Assembly (NCBI GenBank): GCA_964016885.1
Contig: OZ024755.1
Location: forward strand, 8,742,001 to 8,806,000
Direction: 5' to 3'
Length of the DNA: 64,000 nt
Origin: Eledone cirrhosa
Taxonomy: Eukaryota
Every line of letters begins with the position of its first letter. Position 1 is the first letter of the stretch. Positions 15,065 through 29,310 of this stretch are shown here, one piece after another. Both the position numbers and the translations under genes were made by a program. The notes below the pieces were generated by a model. The model made no database searches, was not told the origin of the DNA, and saw only the letters and a program-made list of their open reading frames with translations.

Positions 15065-15298
15065 ATTAAAATTACAGATTAACGTTTAAGCAAAGAATCG
15101 CTGCTTTCACCCTTAACGAGATCTGAGTTTCAGAAGATCCTGTTAAGGGTAAAAGCAGCGATTCTTTGCTTAAACTTTTATCTTTTATTCTGTTATTTTA
15201 ATAAATATTTGCTCTATGGTTTTTATATATTTGGTATATATTTATCCTTATCGAGCCCTCTTTGGATTTTAGTCTTCACATTTATTATTATTAGTAGT
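15065..15298 (+). mobile_element. Family A copy (inverted short arm + long arm); HHR has a G12A change
   Basis: 15065-15124 is inverted. From 15126 the sequence is AGTTTCAGAAGATCCTGTTAAGGGTAAAAGCAGCGATTCTTTGCTTAAAC, followed by the family A tail. Confidence 0.8.
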
Positions 15299-15767
15299 AT
15301 AATGTATAATATACTGGGTCATTGCTAGCCTTGTGCCAATAATTTCATGTTAATCAAACACCTGGAACATTCGTCGTTATACCCGTCGGAGGACCAACTT
15401 ATGTATATATGTATCTAAGGCTGTGTATATATTTATATTACTCTTTCATACTTGTCTCTACACATCCTCCATTAGTTTAACTCTTATAAGATATATTGTT
15501 TCTCTTCTCAGCTACTTCCCCAGGCCCTTCTCTCTATATTTCTGTATTCAGCATATCCCAATTTAACACTTGGACAGAAAAGTGATCGATTGTTTAAGTA
15601 TCAGACGTCAAAATATAAGTACCTTTATCGATACGATCGACTAAATCAAGGTTGTGCCCCAGCATACCATAGTCCCATGACTGACACCACTTCAAATAAT
15701 AAATAATATCTCTATTTCTCTCTTATCTTATCTTTGCTTTTTGTCAATTTCTCTTTCTCCACAACGC

Positions 15768-15824
<57 letters not shown>

Positions 15825-15826
15825 AA

Positions 15827-15885
<59 letters not shown>

Positions 15886-15886
15886 C

Positions 15887-15936
15887 ATTTATTTGTCCCA
15901 CTTTTTGATACCCTGGTGGCAAATAAAAAGAAAATT
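15887..15936 (+). mobile_element. Extreme 3' end of the same Tx1-like family, directly after (CTAT)n
   Basis: TATTTGTCCCACTTTTTGATACCCTGGTGGCAAATAAAAAGAAAAT resembles the reverse complement of 28347-28390 (TATTTGTCCCCTTCTTTTGTGCCCCTGTGGCTAATAAAGAAAT). Confidence 0.55.
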
Positions 15937-16333
15937 ATCTATATCTCTCCCTCTCTAGCTATATATCTATCTATCTATCTCCCTCTCTAATTCCTCCAAT
16001 CTCTCTCGGTTCTGATTTGCTTCTTTTAATCTATATTTATTTCTACTTATTTTCTCATCTACTCCCGTTTTCTCTCTCATTCACTTGAGCTGAATATATA
16101 TCGGATTTTCCAACACTCTCTCCATATATCTCTCTGTCCATATGTCTGTATGTTTGTCTGTTTTTCTATCTCTCTCTATCTCTCTCATTCTTTCTTTCTT
16201 TCTTTCTCTTTCCAATAGTCATTGTTCTGTCACTCTGTATAGCTCTCTTTTTCTCTTTTTAGATGTGTTTATTTTAATTCCTTTCACTGCCACTCTCTTC
16301 TCATCATCTTTAGCTAAATAGATATCATCTCGC

Positions 16334-16475
<142 letters not shown>

Positions 16476-17819
16476 TTCTCTCTCTTTCCCTCCATTTTTC
16501 TCACTCTATCTCACTTTCTTTCTCTCATTTTCTTTCTTTTCTCCATCCCCCCCCCCTTCTCTCTTTATATTTCTGTTTTTATTCATACCAATCTTCTCAC
16601 TCTCCCTATTTATTCTCGTTCATAATTTTCGTATTTCCTATTCATCCCCTTCCTCCTACCTTTCTCTTCCTCTACCTCCCCTTCATTCCCTCCATCCATC
16701 ACACTCCCACAACTTCATTTACTTTCCTCCCCTCAAGCTATTTACTTCGGTCCAATGAGGTTATCTTCTACGGGCTTCATCCATCTTAGCTATAATATCA
16801 TCATCATCTATGCGGTATTAGCGAAGCAATAATATAAAACAGAAAGAAAGAAAGAAATATGTTATTACTATTACAACGTTGCTGTAACCATTAGAAACGA
16901 CATCACGTAAGAAGAAAGATGGACGCCATATCATCGAAACATATATGACAGCGGCGTGGCTTTCTCTTTTCTTTCTCAGTCCTGCCAAATGATTGAATAT
17001 GGAGGACAGAAAACATGAAAAGATTAATACCATCCCTACAGAAATCAACTGTTGTTAGGCGACGTTTTTCTTTATATCACTGTCTATTGACCATCAGTGT
17101 TTTTTTTCTAGTTCTTTAATTTTACTAGAATACATAGTTACATGGCTTTATGTAGTTCACTTCAGTGGTTATTATCCAAATTTTATGAAACGAATAATTG
17201 CTTCTTTTTGAACGAATTTCTTTTATTTTTCTTCTTTCCTATTTATCGATACTTCCTCGATTAAACTGAATATATTTAGTTCAAGCATATTCTTGCTATG
17301 TATAAGGACTTCTCGCATTTTATTTTATCTTATCATCTATATGAAATGTAACACGCTAGAGAATTAAATACAACGAAATATAACTTCGGTTAATCAAACG
17401 TGGAAATTGCTAGATTCTTGGAGCAAATTGCGTAACAAGTCTTCCATTTATTGGTTCCTTTCTACTAACACAAGATCCCTATATTTTTATTGGAGATGAA
17501 ATAGGTTGCTGTGACATACAGAGTGCTCACCCATCATTCTCAAGGTCATCTTTTGTGGAATAGACAGATTAGCTGAAAATAGTATTAGCAAGCATCAACA
17601 GAGATAGACACCCACACATAGAATATTATATTTCTCCTGGTATCTGTATTAACCCTTTTGATACTTTTGTCTCGAATGAAATACACAGCTTATGAGTTTG
17701 AATATATTTAGAAAATAATGAATTTGTTGGAATTTAATAATATAGCTTAAGCATCTTTTTTATTTTTCATTTTTAATCTGGTTTTTGGAACATTATTAAA
17801 ACTGTTATTACACAAAATT

Positions 17820-17966
17820 ATAATTGTTTCTACTTTTGGCACAAGGCCAGCAATTATCCAAGTGTATTACTGGTACTTTATTTTATCGACTCCGTAAGGA
17901 TGAAAGGCAAAGTAACTCTTTGCTGTAAAGCATGGCGTCAGACAATTTACCGATACTGCCAGTTCA
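17820..17966 (-). mobile_element. SINE with an internal deletion removing the B-box
   Basis: Junction AAAGTAACTCT fuses two TAAC sites of the consensus. Confidence 0.85.
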
Positions 17967-18204
17967 ATTATAATGAAATATAAGTATACGGGATCGACCT
18001 CTTGGACTTTTTCAAAGCACTGAAGGGATAGGGTGAACAATTTAAAATAAGCAGTTTTTTATTAAAAACTTTTTCGTTTAGGGACATCTTCAAACTGATT
18101 AATATCAAGAGGATACGGGAATCAATTTGACAGAATCCATTGAGAATCGAATATACTGCATTAAAATATGTGTTATGCTTCTCTGCACTCAAAGATCAAA
18201 TCCT

Positions 18205-18536
18205 GTCGTATGGATGGGCCGCATTCGGTTTCCAGTAATTTGATCAAAGGAACAGCCGCTCGTGAAAATATCTCATAGGTGCCTGGGTATTCTACAATCA
18301 CGTATACACTTAACGTAATTCTCAGTGAAATTCAACGTAACAGAATGTGTGACAAGGCTGGTTATTTGAATTATAGGCAAATTACATCGGATGACGGATA
18401 TCCAACGAGTTTCTGTCATTGGCAAATTGGAGGAATTGTCACTTGATAAACATGTCACAGTGTGCGTTCCAATCCGAGAATCCGAGACTTAATAATTGCT
18501 AAGCAAGCATTTTAACCATTCAGCCACACTGCGTCC
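18205..18536 (-). mobile_element. Older tRNA-headed SINE with a Nin/Deu-like central domain
   Basis: Minus-strand head GTGGCTGAATGGTTAA and body CTGAGAATTACGTTAAG...CTGTTCCTTTGATC. Related copies at about 23690-23840 (+) and 63480-63632 (+). Domain naming is from recall. Confidence 0.55.
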
Positions 18537-19043
18537 ATGTTTATTTAGAATTTCACTCATTCGGGATTGGTAATGAAAATGACAGCCCAGTACTAGAACA
18601 TAATTCTTTATCTAGCTATATATTTATATTTCTTTTTTCAAAATATATTTATAACTACCTGTTGGTTATACACAATTAAATTACTTACATCACTTGAAGT
18701 GACAAGTTCTTCTTTACGAAGTGGAGCTTTATGTCTTTGGAAAGAATCAATTTTGAATTTCAATTGAAATGAAGTTGACGCATTTAATTCGGTTGTATTG
18801 CAACATTTATATTCAATATGAAATAAGAGATATATTATAGACATTCATCATGCTATTCTCTGTCTTTCATAAAAGAGGAGGAGTTACAATTTATAAATAT
18901 GTCATAGCTGACTTCTATTACATGTACAAATAGAACTAGTCTGTATATAGAATATAGACATTCAGGAAGGCTTCCAATCAAAACTGACATACCGGAGTAA
19001 AACAGATATACACATATGGTTATGTAAATATAAACACAATCAT

Positions 19044-19090
<47 letters not shown>

Positions 19091-19326
19091 AACTCAGAGA
19101 GATCGAAACCTCAGTTTAGCATATGTTAGCCAAAATCATGCCTATCACGTGTTTAATAACTTATTTCCGAATAATATTCAATTAATATAACTTCCTAAAC
19201 CGGTAGACGTAGTAGTAGTAGCAGCAGCAGCAGCACCCGCTCAAACACGACTAACAACAACAGCAATAGTAACAGCATAAACAAGAGCAAACAAACATGC
19301 ATCCACAACAACACAATAGGGACGTC

Positions 19327-20368
19327 GCCGAGTAACTTGTATCGATTGAATCAGTGGATGAATTGTTAATGAAATTTTGTTGAATAATTTCTTAAACGAT
19401 GTCTTGAATTCATAGTAATATCCAATTATTTTCTTCAACCTTCAAGATAACTGAGAAAAGAATATCAATAATAGAAATTAAGGCTCCCCACAGCACTTAT
19501 GACAGACTAATACACATTGAAATGCACAGTTTCATTCTCAAGACGAAAGTGATCGTCTCTAAAGCAGTTATCGTCTCAACTTTAAACTCATGAGTTTTGG
19601 ACACTATACCTATGAGATTTAAGATTCCACCCAACGGAACTATACTTCGTCCTTCTCATTAACTGGGTCGATCACGTAACAAACACCGATCATCTTCAGA
19701 ACTTCTATCTCCAATATTGTGGCTGTGATAATAAGCCATCGACTACAAATGGGCAGAATATACAGCAATAGAGGGACATTATAAATGACCACGGACCATC
19801 TTCTTTATAGACCTTACTAAAAGCAAATTACCTCGTGCTGCACCCAAACTACGTTTTAACGACCAACACCTAATATATCTGATCGAAGCTGAAATCAGTT
19901 CCAATATATGAGAGGTGATATCTGCAAAACGTAAAACCTGGAGACTTTCAGCGTTCAAATATTTTCGAAATTCAACTAAGACTCTATTAACAACACGTCA
20001 CTGTAAGCAGAGTGAAGATAAACAGGCCAGGCCATCCTCCTAGATTGTTATGCAACATATGCCAACCGCTATTTCTTATCAAATTCTCACTGTCAAGCCA
20101 AGTCCTTTGTCAGCAACATGGCGGCAATATTTAACTGAATCTAGAAAGAAAGCAATGCTCAGAATAGAGCTGGCGCCAATGGCGACTCGTTTCGTCATAG
20201 ATACTGCCGAATAACTTTTATCGATCGAATCAGTGGATGAATTGTTAATACAATTTTGCTAAATATTTTCTTAAAAGATATCTTGAATTTATAGTAATAT
20301 CGAATTTTGGATTAGGAATCGACTTGCCTTCATACGTCTGCAGTTAGAATTATTTTCTACGACCTTCA
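19327..20368. repeat. Diverged ~120-bp direct repeats flanking ~760 bp of complex sequence
   Basis: GAATCAGTGGATGAATTGTTAAT...TCTTGAATT.ATAGTAATATC at about 19327-19446 and 20206-20368. Confidence 0.7.
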
Positions 20369-20427
20369 AAACGAAAACGGCATTAAATGATTAGAATGGT
20401 TGAGTGTGTACATGTGTGTTTATGTGC

Positions 20428-20509
<82 letters not shown>

Positions 20510-20524
20510 GCACATAAACACACA

Positions 20525-20604
20525 TATGTGTGTATGTATATATGTTTCAGTGTCTTCATGAGAATGTATCTACACACCTATATATATATAAAATCTACGT
20601 AATC

Positions 20605-20656
<52 letters not shown>

Positions 20657-20725
20657 GATTTTATATATGTAGGTGTGTAGATACATTCTCATGAAGACAC
20701 TGAAACATATATACATACACACATA
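20525..20725. repeat. Inverted duplication (~70-bp arms) around a (TA)n tract
   Basis: 20525-20597 is nearly the exact reverse complement of 20655-20725. Confidence 0.85.
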
Positions 20726-21399
20726 CGTATATATATACATATATATACATACATACATAAATATATACATACTTACATATATGTACACACATACACTAAT
20801 ATACATATACTCACACATAAATACACACATACTTATATACAATTCACAGACACATTCTTACCTATATACACACACTTACATACATAATTGCGTATATACA
20901 TACATATATACATACATATATACATACATATATACATACATACACGTACATACTTACACACATACTCACATATATACCTACATACATACATATATACATG
21001 CACACATACACATATACATACATACATCTGTATGTATGATTTATTGCTGTAAATCTTCAAATTGTTTGCAACATATTACAATTAAACATTTCTTTTTAAC
21101 ATTTAAGCTTATTTTCTGCACCAACACAACCCCACGCCATAAGTATGTGCTCTTGCACACACATACACTCACACTAACACACACAAACACCACTCCTCTA
21201 TGCAAGTCTCTCTCTCACTTTCCCTTCCCCTCTCTCTCAGTCTCTCTCTCTCTCTCACTGTCTACATAGTTCTCTTGATTTCTCTTCCCCCCTACCACAT
21301 CTTAATATATATTTATTTTAATACCCAATCCGTTTAATACTCCAATAGAACGAATCAACCATTTGATTTGTTTGAACATGAAGCATTATTTTTCTTCAT

Positions 21400-21434
<35 letters not shown>

Positions 21435-21895
21435 TAATAATAACATCAACATCATCATCATCATCATCGATAACAACATTAGTATCATTATCATCATCAT
21501 CATGATTTCTATTTTGCGGTATCTACATAGTTTCCTGGGTGGTGAACAGCTGTGGTGGTCGTCTTTTTCAAAGTCGTAGACATGGGTAAATCAAATACCA
21601 AGAAAAGGTGACCACCTTCCCAGGAACCATTCAATGTAGACAAATGGCTCAAATGTAGAATAGCGGAAGCTAAAAATAAAACACCGCCGCCAAATTAAAA
21701 CACAAACGGCCTGATATTTTTGTTTGAGACCCCAAATTAAAAAACATATTCACGGTTGTAGACATCGGCTGCCTACTCGATGTCAATGTGGTAAAAGAAA
21801 CTACAAAAGAAGGAGTGAACCTACAGATTATTGATGAAGAGTTTGCACATCTTCTACCCAAGATACACATTCATTTTGGTAGCTATTATTATTGG

Positions 21896-22072
21896 TTGGC
21901 AGTATCGGTAGAGGGTCGGACGCCATGCTTTGAAGCATAGAGTTACCTCCCTGTATGATCTGAGTTCAAATCCCGCCGAGGTTAACTTTGCCTTTCATCC
22001 TGACGAGGTCGATAAAATAAAGTACCAGTAATGCACTGGGTAATTGCTGGCCTTGCGCCAAAAGTAGAAACA
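21896..22072 (+). mobile_element. tRNA-derived SINE with 11-bp TSD
   Basis: ATTATTATTGG at 21885-21895 and 22073-22083. Confidence 0.9.
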
Positions 22073-23963
22073 ATTATTATTGGAGTTACAGGATATATAC
22101 TAAACCGCCTGGACCAAAGTATGACTGATCAGTACCTCCTTTATCTATAACGTACCTCCTTGATCCATAAGCTCAAAAGGCCGTGACATCTTGATCCTTC
22201 GAAACTTATAAACAATTCGTACAATACAAAGGATTAAATCTTGCACAAGGGACGATGAACATTTCCTTTTCTTTACAACCTTGCCACCGGGAAATTGTTC
22301 AGTCTAAATTAAATTCAAAATTATGAGAAAGAGAAATGCATAAATACATGCACGCATACATGCATACATAGATGCATGCATACATACATACATACATACA
22401 TACATACATACATACATACATACATACATGCATACATACATATATACATATACACATACATAGATCCATACATATATAAATACATACAGACATACATACA
22501 TAAATACATACACCTTACGTCGTATATATTTTCATTCTTCGAGAATTAAAAGACGTTTGTTCTTGCTGAACTTTGATGCGATAAGTGGAGAATGAATGAA
22601 CAAGAAAGTTAACTGATACCCATAGAAGATATAGCTTTACAATAGAACTAAGCAGCTATCTTAGTGTAATCATTAATATCATTATTTCTCGCCGCGTAGA
22701 AGATTTCTCGATAATGCAGTAAGGACACGAATGAAGTTCACATTGCAATGGAGAATTAAGTAAGGTAGAATACGATAAAAATCATTTAATTTATATTTAA
22801 TTAGAAAGCAACCAAAGGTAATTATTTGAACAGTAACTAACACTCAGATCAGAGTATATTTGCATTTCTTGTGTGGATTATATCTAAATGGTTTTCTGGT
22901 GGTTTGTACGAGATACAAAAGAGATAAAGTGAAAATAAATTCATAATGGAATTTTACACAAATTTAAAGTTGTATTAAGGTTAGATATTTTGTTGTTTCT
23001 GTTATAAATTTCTTCAATATATTTGTTTGTGTGTGCGCGTGCATGTGTGTATGGGGGCGTGGAGGTGTACGTGTTTGTGTGTAGTGTGAGTACAGGTTAG
23101 TATACGTTTTTACGTCACAGCTTATGTATTGTATTTCAGCTATGTATCTGTAAAATTCAGAAGGATTGCCATATCTCTATTTATGATCACCGTTACACAT
23201 GGTATCAAGTAAGTGCCTGAGTTCCAATGATGGAGATAGCCTCTTTGTGGCTGTTTCATCTGCTAGATATAGTAGCTAATTGCCACAACATTCTAAACTA
23301 AGGATTTAGCTTTATTGGCACTCAAGTTGTAATGCAATCCAGGATACATATAGAAACAAAATACTATTTTTTAACAAAGCCACAAACCTTTTGAAGAAAA
23401 TGTATGCGATTCTTAATTCGTTTCATGCTATAAGGAAATGGCACAAACTGAGATGTTTGGCTATATGGGTTTACTATATAAGATTGTCTGTGAACACAGC
23501 ATGGCCAAATAGACAAGAGATTCGCTTCGTAATCGTTACCTTATGAGGGTAAACCCACAGCGCGTGATCTTCTACAAGTGTTATTTATAATAGCCTCGAG
23601 TCGACGCATACCTTATGATTGAATCGTAACTGAGGTAATCTATTTAGAAGCCCGTGGGACCGACAGTACACATTATCATTCTGACAGTACACATTATCAT
23701 TCTGAAGTTCCCTCACAATTACGTTAAGGTTACACATCTGTGTGATATGCCCAATCATGTACACATTATGTTCATAAATCAGGGTCTTCCGTTGATTGAA
23801 CAACTTGAAGGTTCATCATTGAAACTGACGGATATCCGTCGATATCTATTAATATTGTTCTTTGATATCAATTATATTATTAGATCTAGTAAGTATTATC
23901 AAAGTATTCAAGCGATTTATTGTTTAAAGTGCACATATATAGAGAACAAATGTTAATACAGTG

Positions 23964-24056
<93 letters not shown>

Positions 24057-24224
24057 GACTTTCTTTCCCTCTGTCATTTTAAGCATATATATATAATATA
24101 TACAGTATACACTATATATATATATATATACACTATATATATATAACACTATATATATATATATACACTATATATATATAACCAGCATCTTCATCATCAT
24201 ATGATCGAGCTTTCTCGGCTTAAA

Positions 24225-24270
<46 letters not shown>

Positions 24271-24888
24271 TATATGTGTGTGAGGGGGTGGGGGGTATAT
24301 GTGTGTGTTCGGGCGTGCCATTATGTATGTGTATGCTTGTGTGTGTAATGCATTATATGCATTACATAATTATATAAAACCAAATCCTTTTCAAATATCT
24401 TCAACCTATGAAAGAATTATATTTTAAACAACAAAAATACAGGAGCGTTCTCTATTTTTTCCTTTTATCAACGTGAAAATCACATGTGACAATGACAGAC
24501 ATATTTCAACTATAATATAAGAGGTTATGAGAAGATTTGTAGAATATAGCACATATATTACGTTATTGGGGGATTATACTGGCAAGATTTACACAAGTAC
24601 ACGCAACAAACACACACACAGACATAGGCAGACACACAGGTATGTGTATTTCTGTATATATATCTATATATATTTATATATAATAATAAAAATAATAGGT
24701 ATATATAGAGGTTGTAGCTGCAGTAGAAGAGCAGATACCAATCGAATTGTTGGAGGCATTCACACACACACACGCACACACACATACACACACATACACA
24801 CACACACATACATACACACAGACACACACATGCACACACACATATATATATATATATATAATGTATATATCAATCTATCTATCCTTTC

Positions 24889-24931
<43 letters not shown>

Positions 24932-25324
24932 GTTGTGTAAGTTATAGTTCACTATTAACGACGTTCAACACCCCGGTTGTATTTATAAGGGTCAATCTCT
25001 TTCAAAATCCATCCATTTCTCTTTCCATCTGTTACCTTCTCAGGTTTCTCTTGGGCTCATCTTGCAGTCATTTTATAACAACTTTGTCCGTAAGAAGTGA
25101 ACATAAGGCCGCTTAAGTCGCTTAACTAAAAATATCTTTATCGGATACGTTAGATTTATTGTTGAAATCTGTCATTGTCAGCCGCCTTAATTTTCGCTTG
25201 TTTGAAGAAAACCGGTATCGATTTGCAAAATATTGGCCTAGCACATTATTGGCCACTAATATAAATCCATTGTAAACGTTTATTGGTCTCTCGTTGACAG
25301 AATATTTTATAGAGAGAATAATCG

Positions 25325-25490
25325 CTGACACGGTCGTGTGGTTAAGTTGGCCGCTCTAAAACCACATGTGTTCGGGTTCAATCGCTTTGTTTGACAACAT
25401 CAGTAGGTTTCCTATACTATAGGTCTCCAGTTCATCAAAGGTGTTTTCACTGGAATGAGGTAGACGCACACAATGGGAAAACCCGTGGTA
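25325..25490 (+). mobile_element. Diverged tRNA-headed SINE (different family)
   Basis: GTGTGGTTAAG...GGGTTCAATC head followed by CTATACTATAGG...GGTAGACG body. Confidence 0.5.
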
Positions 25491-25833
25491 TATATATGAA
25501 ACGCAAAGCACTCTATACTGTGTTCTAACGTCAATTCGCCGTCTCGATAACTCGAATACAGTTTGTATATCATAGAATGGCGAATTGGTTACCTCAGATA
25601 AATCGATTTCTGTTAAATGTGTGCCTCGTCAATAACGATCTTTCGCAGCTAAACTTGTTGTTTGACTTGAGGGCCAATCATTTCAATGTTTAAAGCACTT
25701 AATTAAACTAATGTTCGAAAAGTTTTCCGAGGTGTGAAATTCCTGGCCCTCAAGTCACTGATATGGATTCACAGCTACAATATAATACATTACATATCAT
25801 TATAATCATATAATAATATTTATTTCTTTCGTT

Positions 25834-26015
25834 GGGGCGGTGAATTGGCAGTATCGGTAGAGGGTCGAACATGCTTTACAGCATAGTTACGTCCCTTTAC
25901 GATCTAAGTTCAAATCTTGCCGAGGTTAACTTTGCCTTTCATGCTTACGGGGTCGATAAAATAAAGTACCAGTAATGTGCTGGGTAATTGCTGGCCTTGT
26001 GCCAAAACTAGAAAC
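25834..26015 (+). mobile_element. Full-length SINE with 19-bp TSD (2 mismatches)
   Basis: AATATTTATTTCTTTCGTT (25815-33) / AATATTTACTTCTATCGTT (26016-34). Confidence 0.9.
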
Positions 26016-26398
26016 AATATTTACTTCTATCGTTTACAATGTCAAACATCCGCCTTCTCTTACTCCGTTGGGACGGTGCCAGTACGAAATATTCAGAAGT
26101 TAGGGGCTCACAAACACCCACACACATGCATATATATATATATATATGTGTGTGTATGTGTATATATATATATATATATATCCAAATGTGTACACACAGT
26201 TAAGAGTATATGTATATACGCATGTAAACATACATATATGTATTCATATATAAACAGATGCATGTACGAGAGTAAACGATATAGTTGCAATAGTTGTTCA
26301 TTACATGCTGTGATTCCATAAAAGATGCAAAATAATGATAAGGAGACCAACACATAGTAATAGTTGCGTAGGCGTTCATATCTGTAAAAACCAATTTA

Positions 26399-26578
26399 AC
26401 ACAGTTTATACACGCACATTGGTAGTAGTTATATGTCTAGTGTGGTGTAGTGTTGCGTTTAATAGTTCATACTTCACAATGGTGGTAGCTATATGTATAG
26501 TGTAGTGCAGTGTTGCTGGTAACAGTTCACATATGCACAATGATGGTGGAGATATATATGTAGAGTGTTGCCGTTAAT
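26399..26578. repeat. Degenerate ~60-bp minisatellite x3
   Basis: Units AAYAGTTYA...CACAWTG.TRGT.G...TATAT...AGTGTTGC. Confidence 0.6.
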
Positions 26579-26720
26579 ATCTCTGTTGACCCTCATGCTG
26601 TGTTAATTCTAACTGATTATTGTATAGAACATGTCGCGGAACAGGAAGCAAACGATACGGTGCGATTATGACTTGACAAATTACCAGAATTTTGAATGAC
26701 TTCCATCTGTTGTTGATGTG

Positions 26721-26794
<74 letters not shown>

Positions 26795-26797
<3 letters not shown>

Positions 26798-27018
26798 TAT
26801 TGAAGTTTCCGTTGAAAATTGAAAACGTCATAGGAGTGAAGAGTGCTCTATGTAAGTTACAGAGCTAAATTTAATGTATAATAAACAATACAATATAATT
26901 AGCTCATTACCAGAGGTTTCCCGAATAAGACGAACGACTGAGGACGTTTCTTGTATTCGTCTTATTCTGGAAACCTCTGGTAATGAGGTAATTATATTGT
27001 ATCGTTTATTATACATTA
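26795..27018 (-). mobile_element. Family B foldback PLE-like element with HHR 3' half
   Basis: Arms 26872-26934 and 26956-27018; tail 26795-26871. GAAACCTC tggtaat GAGGTA (26970-26990) forms a 5-bp stem III plus GUA. (TA)n on both sides. Confidence 0.7.
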
Positions 27019-27129
27019 TATATATATATATATATATATATACCAACACTGTTTGTACTACACTCATCGTTATTGTGTTTGTTTTCTTGTTTTTAACTTC
27101 TACATATATATATACACACACAAAATATA

Positions 27130-27214
27130 CAAAGAGGGCTAGATAATTTCGAAAGATCCCGTTAGGGGTGACAGCAACGATTCTTTGCTTAAACTTGAAT
27201 CTGTTATTTTCATA
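27130..27214 (+). mobile_element. Family A degenerate or rearranged fragment
   Basis: CAAAGAGGGCTAGATAA (inverted tail piece) is joined to GATCCCGTTAGGGGTGACAGCAACGATTCTTTGCTTAAAC...CTGTTATTTT, then (TA)n. Confidence 0.65.
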
Positions 27215-27287
27215 TATATATATATATATATATATATTCATTCCTGTATATTGATCTGGACAATGGATATGTCTAGAGCAGTATACA

Positions 27288-27323
<36 letters not shown>

Positions 27324-28240
27324 ATAACAGATTATATATATATATATATATATATAGTTATATATTTATTTATTCTTTATATCTATGAAGTTGGAGGATT
27401 TATCAAGTAGTATGGTAATACAGGTGAATTTACTGAAGTTTATGTCTGTTTACCATGATTACCTATCAGTTATTCTCTACATGATTATGGCTAAAGGGAT
27501 ATAGGACAATATATTTCGATGTTGCTAAACATATTAATAACATACTGGCGGTCTTTAAGTCATGTTACTAATATTGATCTTAATACAGATAAAATATCTA
27601 TCTATTTCATATCCAAACAGCATAGATTATTCTCAATAGTAATTTTTCGTTGCCATAACTACAGAGGCAACTTCAAGCATGGTCGCGTTCTTTTTATATT
27701 GACAAATAAACTCTAGAACGCTTGACTACAGTTAACTCATGCTTCATCAGTTACCTTAGCATTGGATTGTCAGGTTGTCATAGCAGCAGATATCAAGTTG
27801 ACATCATAATTAACTCTGCAAAGATATGGACAGGATATCCCGGATGTCATTGCTAGATTCCCATTAGCTTTTTTTTCCGTACATATTTCTCTCATACACA
27901 TTGTAGTAAATACTCATCGCTGTTGCTGTTATCAGTAGCATCATTAAACTCAATAAGATGCACCAGAGCTGAATAATTAGCTTCGCTCGCTCGCATATAT
28001 AAGGACCACAGTTCGATCTTTTACCATAGTCTTAGATCGATTCAAGCTTTGAATATGGAATTGAGTACACGGTAATTGTTTGGAAGGGTTGTACTTGTAA
28101 TAATTCAAAGAGACAGCCATTCCACACAATGGCAGTATTTTTCCGTTACGAAAATATATTTTTCTTCGACGGCATGGCTACCCATATCTTTATAGTTCGT
28201 AAACGTTTAATATGTATATATATGTATATATATATATTTA

Positions 28241-28324
<84 letters not shown>

Positions 28325-28346
28325 TAGATAGATAGATAGATAGATA

Positions 28347-28966
28347 TATTTCTTTATTAGCCACAGGGGCACAAAAGAAGGGGACAAATACAAAGGGGGA
28401 AGTTTACATACAATAAAAACGTGTAAAATGTTATCACAGATGGAATTTAAAAGTTAGTCGATTTTCCCCAATAGAGGGAGACAGTTTATATGGGTAACAC
28501 AGACCCCCGAAAAAAATGTGCAACCCTCATCTCCAGGAGTACGAAGAGCTTGTACTCCTTTCCTCTCCTCCTCCTTTTCCTCAACCTACAGGCTGATATA
28601 GAGAGAAGGCCCATTCACTCGGGCCATTCTCGCCACTTTCACCCACCTTTCATAAAACTTGCTGGGGTACAGCACCTCTCTCTCCATCCTGATTCTTCTT
28701 CCAAAGTGGTATTTGAAAAAAAGAATCAGTTGTTGGCCGGAGAGAAAGGTGTCTGACCTCAGCCCTTTCAACCTTGTCCACCATACAACCTCTTTCGCCA
28801 TAGCTATCACACAAAGGAAAACCGCCTCTCCTTCGTTTTTGAAGGAGGGTGGCGGTTTGATCATGACAATGGACTCGGTGGTCAACTGGATTGGTCCCAC
28901 CCGCGACAATAGTCGTTCCACATAGCCCCACAGGTCAGTGACGCCCGGGCAGTGTATGAATGCGTG
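28347..28966 (-). mobile_element. 5'-truncated Tx1/L1-clade LINE (ORF2 C-terminus + 3'UTR) in (GATA)n
   Basis: Peptide HAFIHCP..LWGYVERLL...AKEVVWWTR...FYERW resembles the region following the zf-RVT zinc finger of L1/Tx1 ORF2. Stop at 28586, AATAAA near 28353-28358, (GATA)n on both flanks. Confidence 0.75.
28586..28966 (-). pseudogene. LINE ORF2 C-terminal fragment (open frame, ~126 aa)
   Basis: Non-repetitive part of ORF 28586..29065; the upstream part of that ORF is (TATC)n translation. Confidence 0.7.
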
Positions 28967-29022
<56 letters not shown>

Positions 29023-29025
29023 TAT

Positions 29026-29211
29026 CAGAATGGCGGCTGTGAAAATCAGTTAGACCATTATTCACCAGAGTACTCGGTACTTGGAGTAGTAGAGTGGGTA
29101 ATATGAAAACATTCAGGATCCCGACGGCTGAGCTCCTGCCGTTTCAACATCTAGATTCGGATCTAGCTGTTGAAATGGCAGAAGCTCAGCCATTCGGTTC
29201 CTGAATTTTTT

Positions 29212-29215
<4 letters not shown>
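29026..29215 (-). mobile_element. Family C foldback PLE-like element
   Basis: Hairpin centred at CTAGAT-TCGG-ATCTAG. Minus strand reads GAAACGGC aggagctca GCCGTC. Tail shared with 32045-32123. Confidence 0.75.

Positions 29216-29310
<95 letters not shown>

Noticed and set aside
26938-26990. CTGAGGA...GAAAC...GTA as a complete family B hammerhead
   Set aside because: The intervening sequence does not form a stem II and no stem I partner lies upstream; only the 3' half is accepted.
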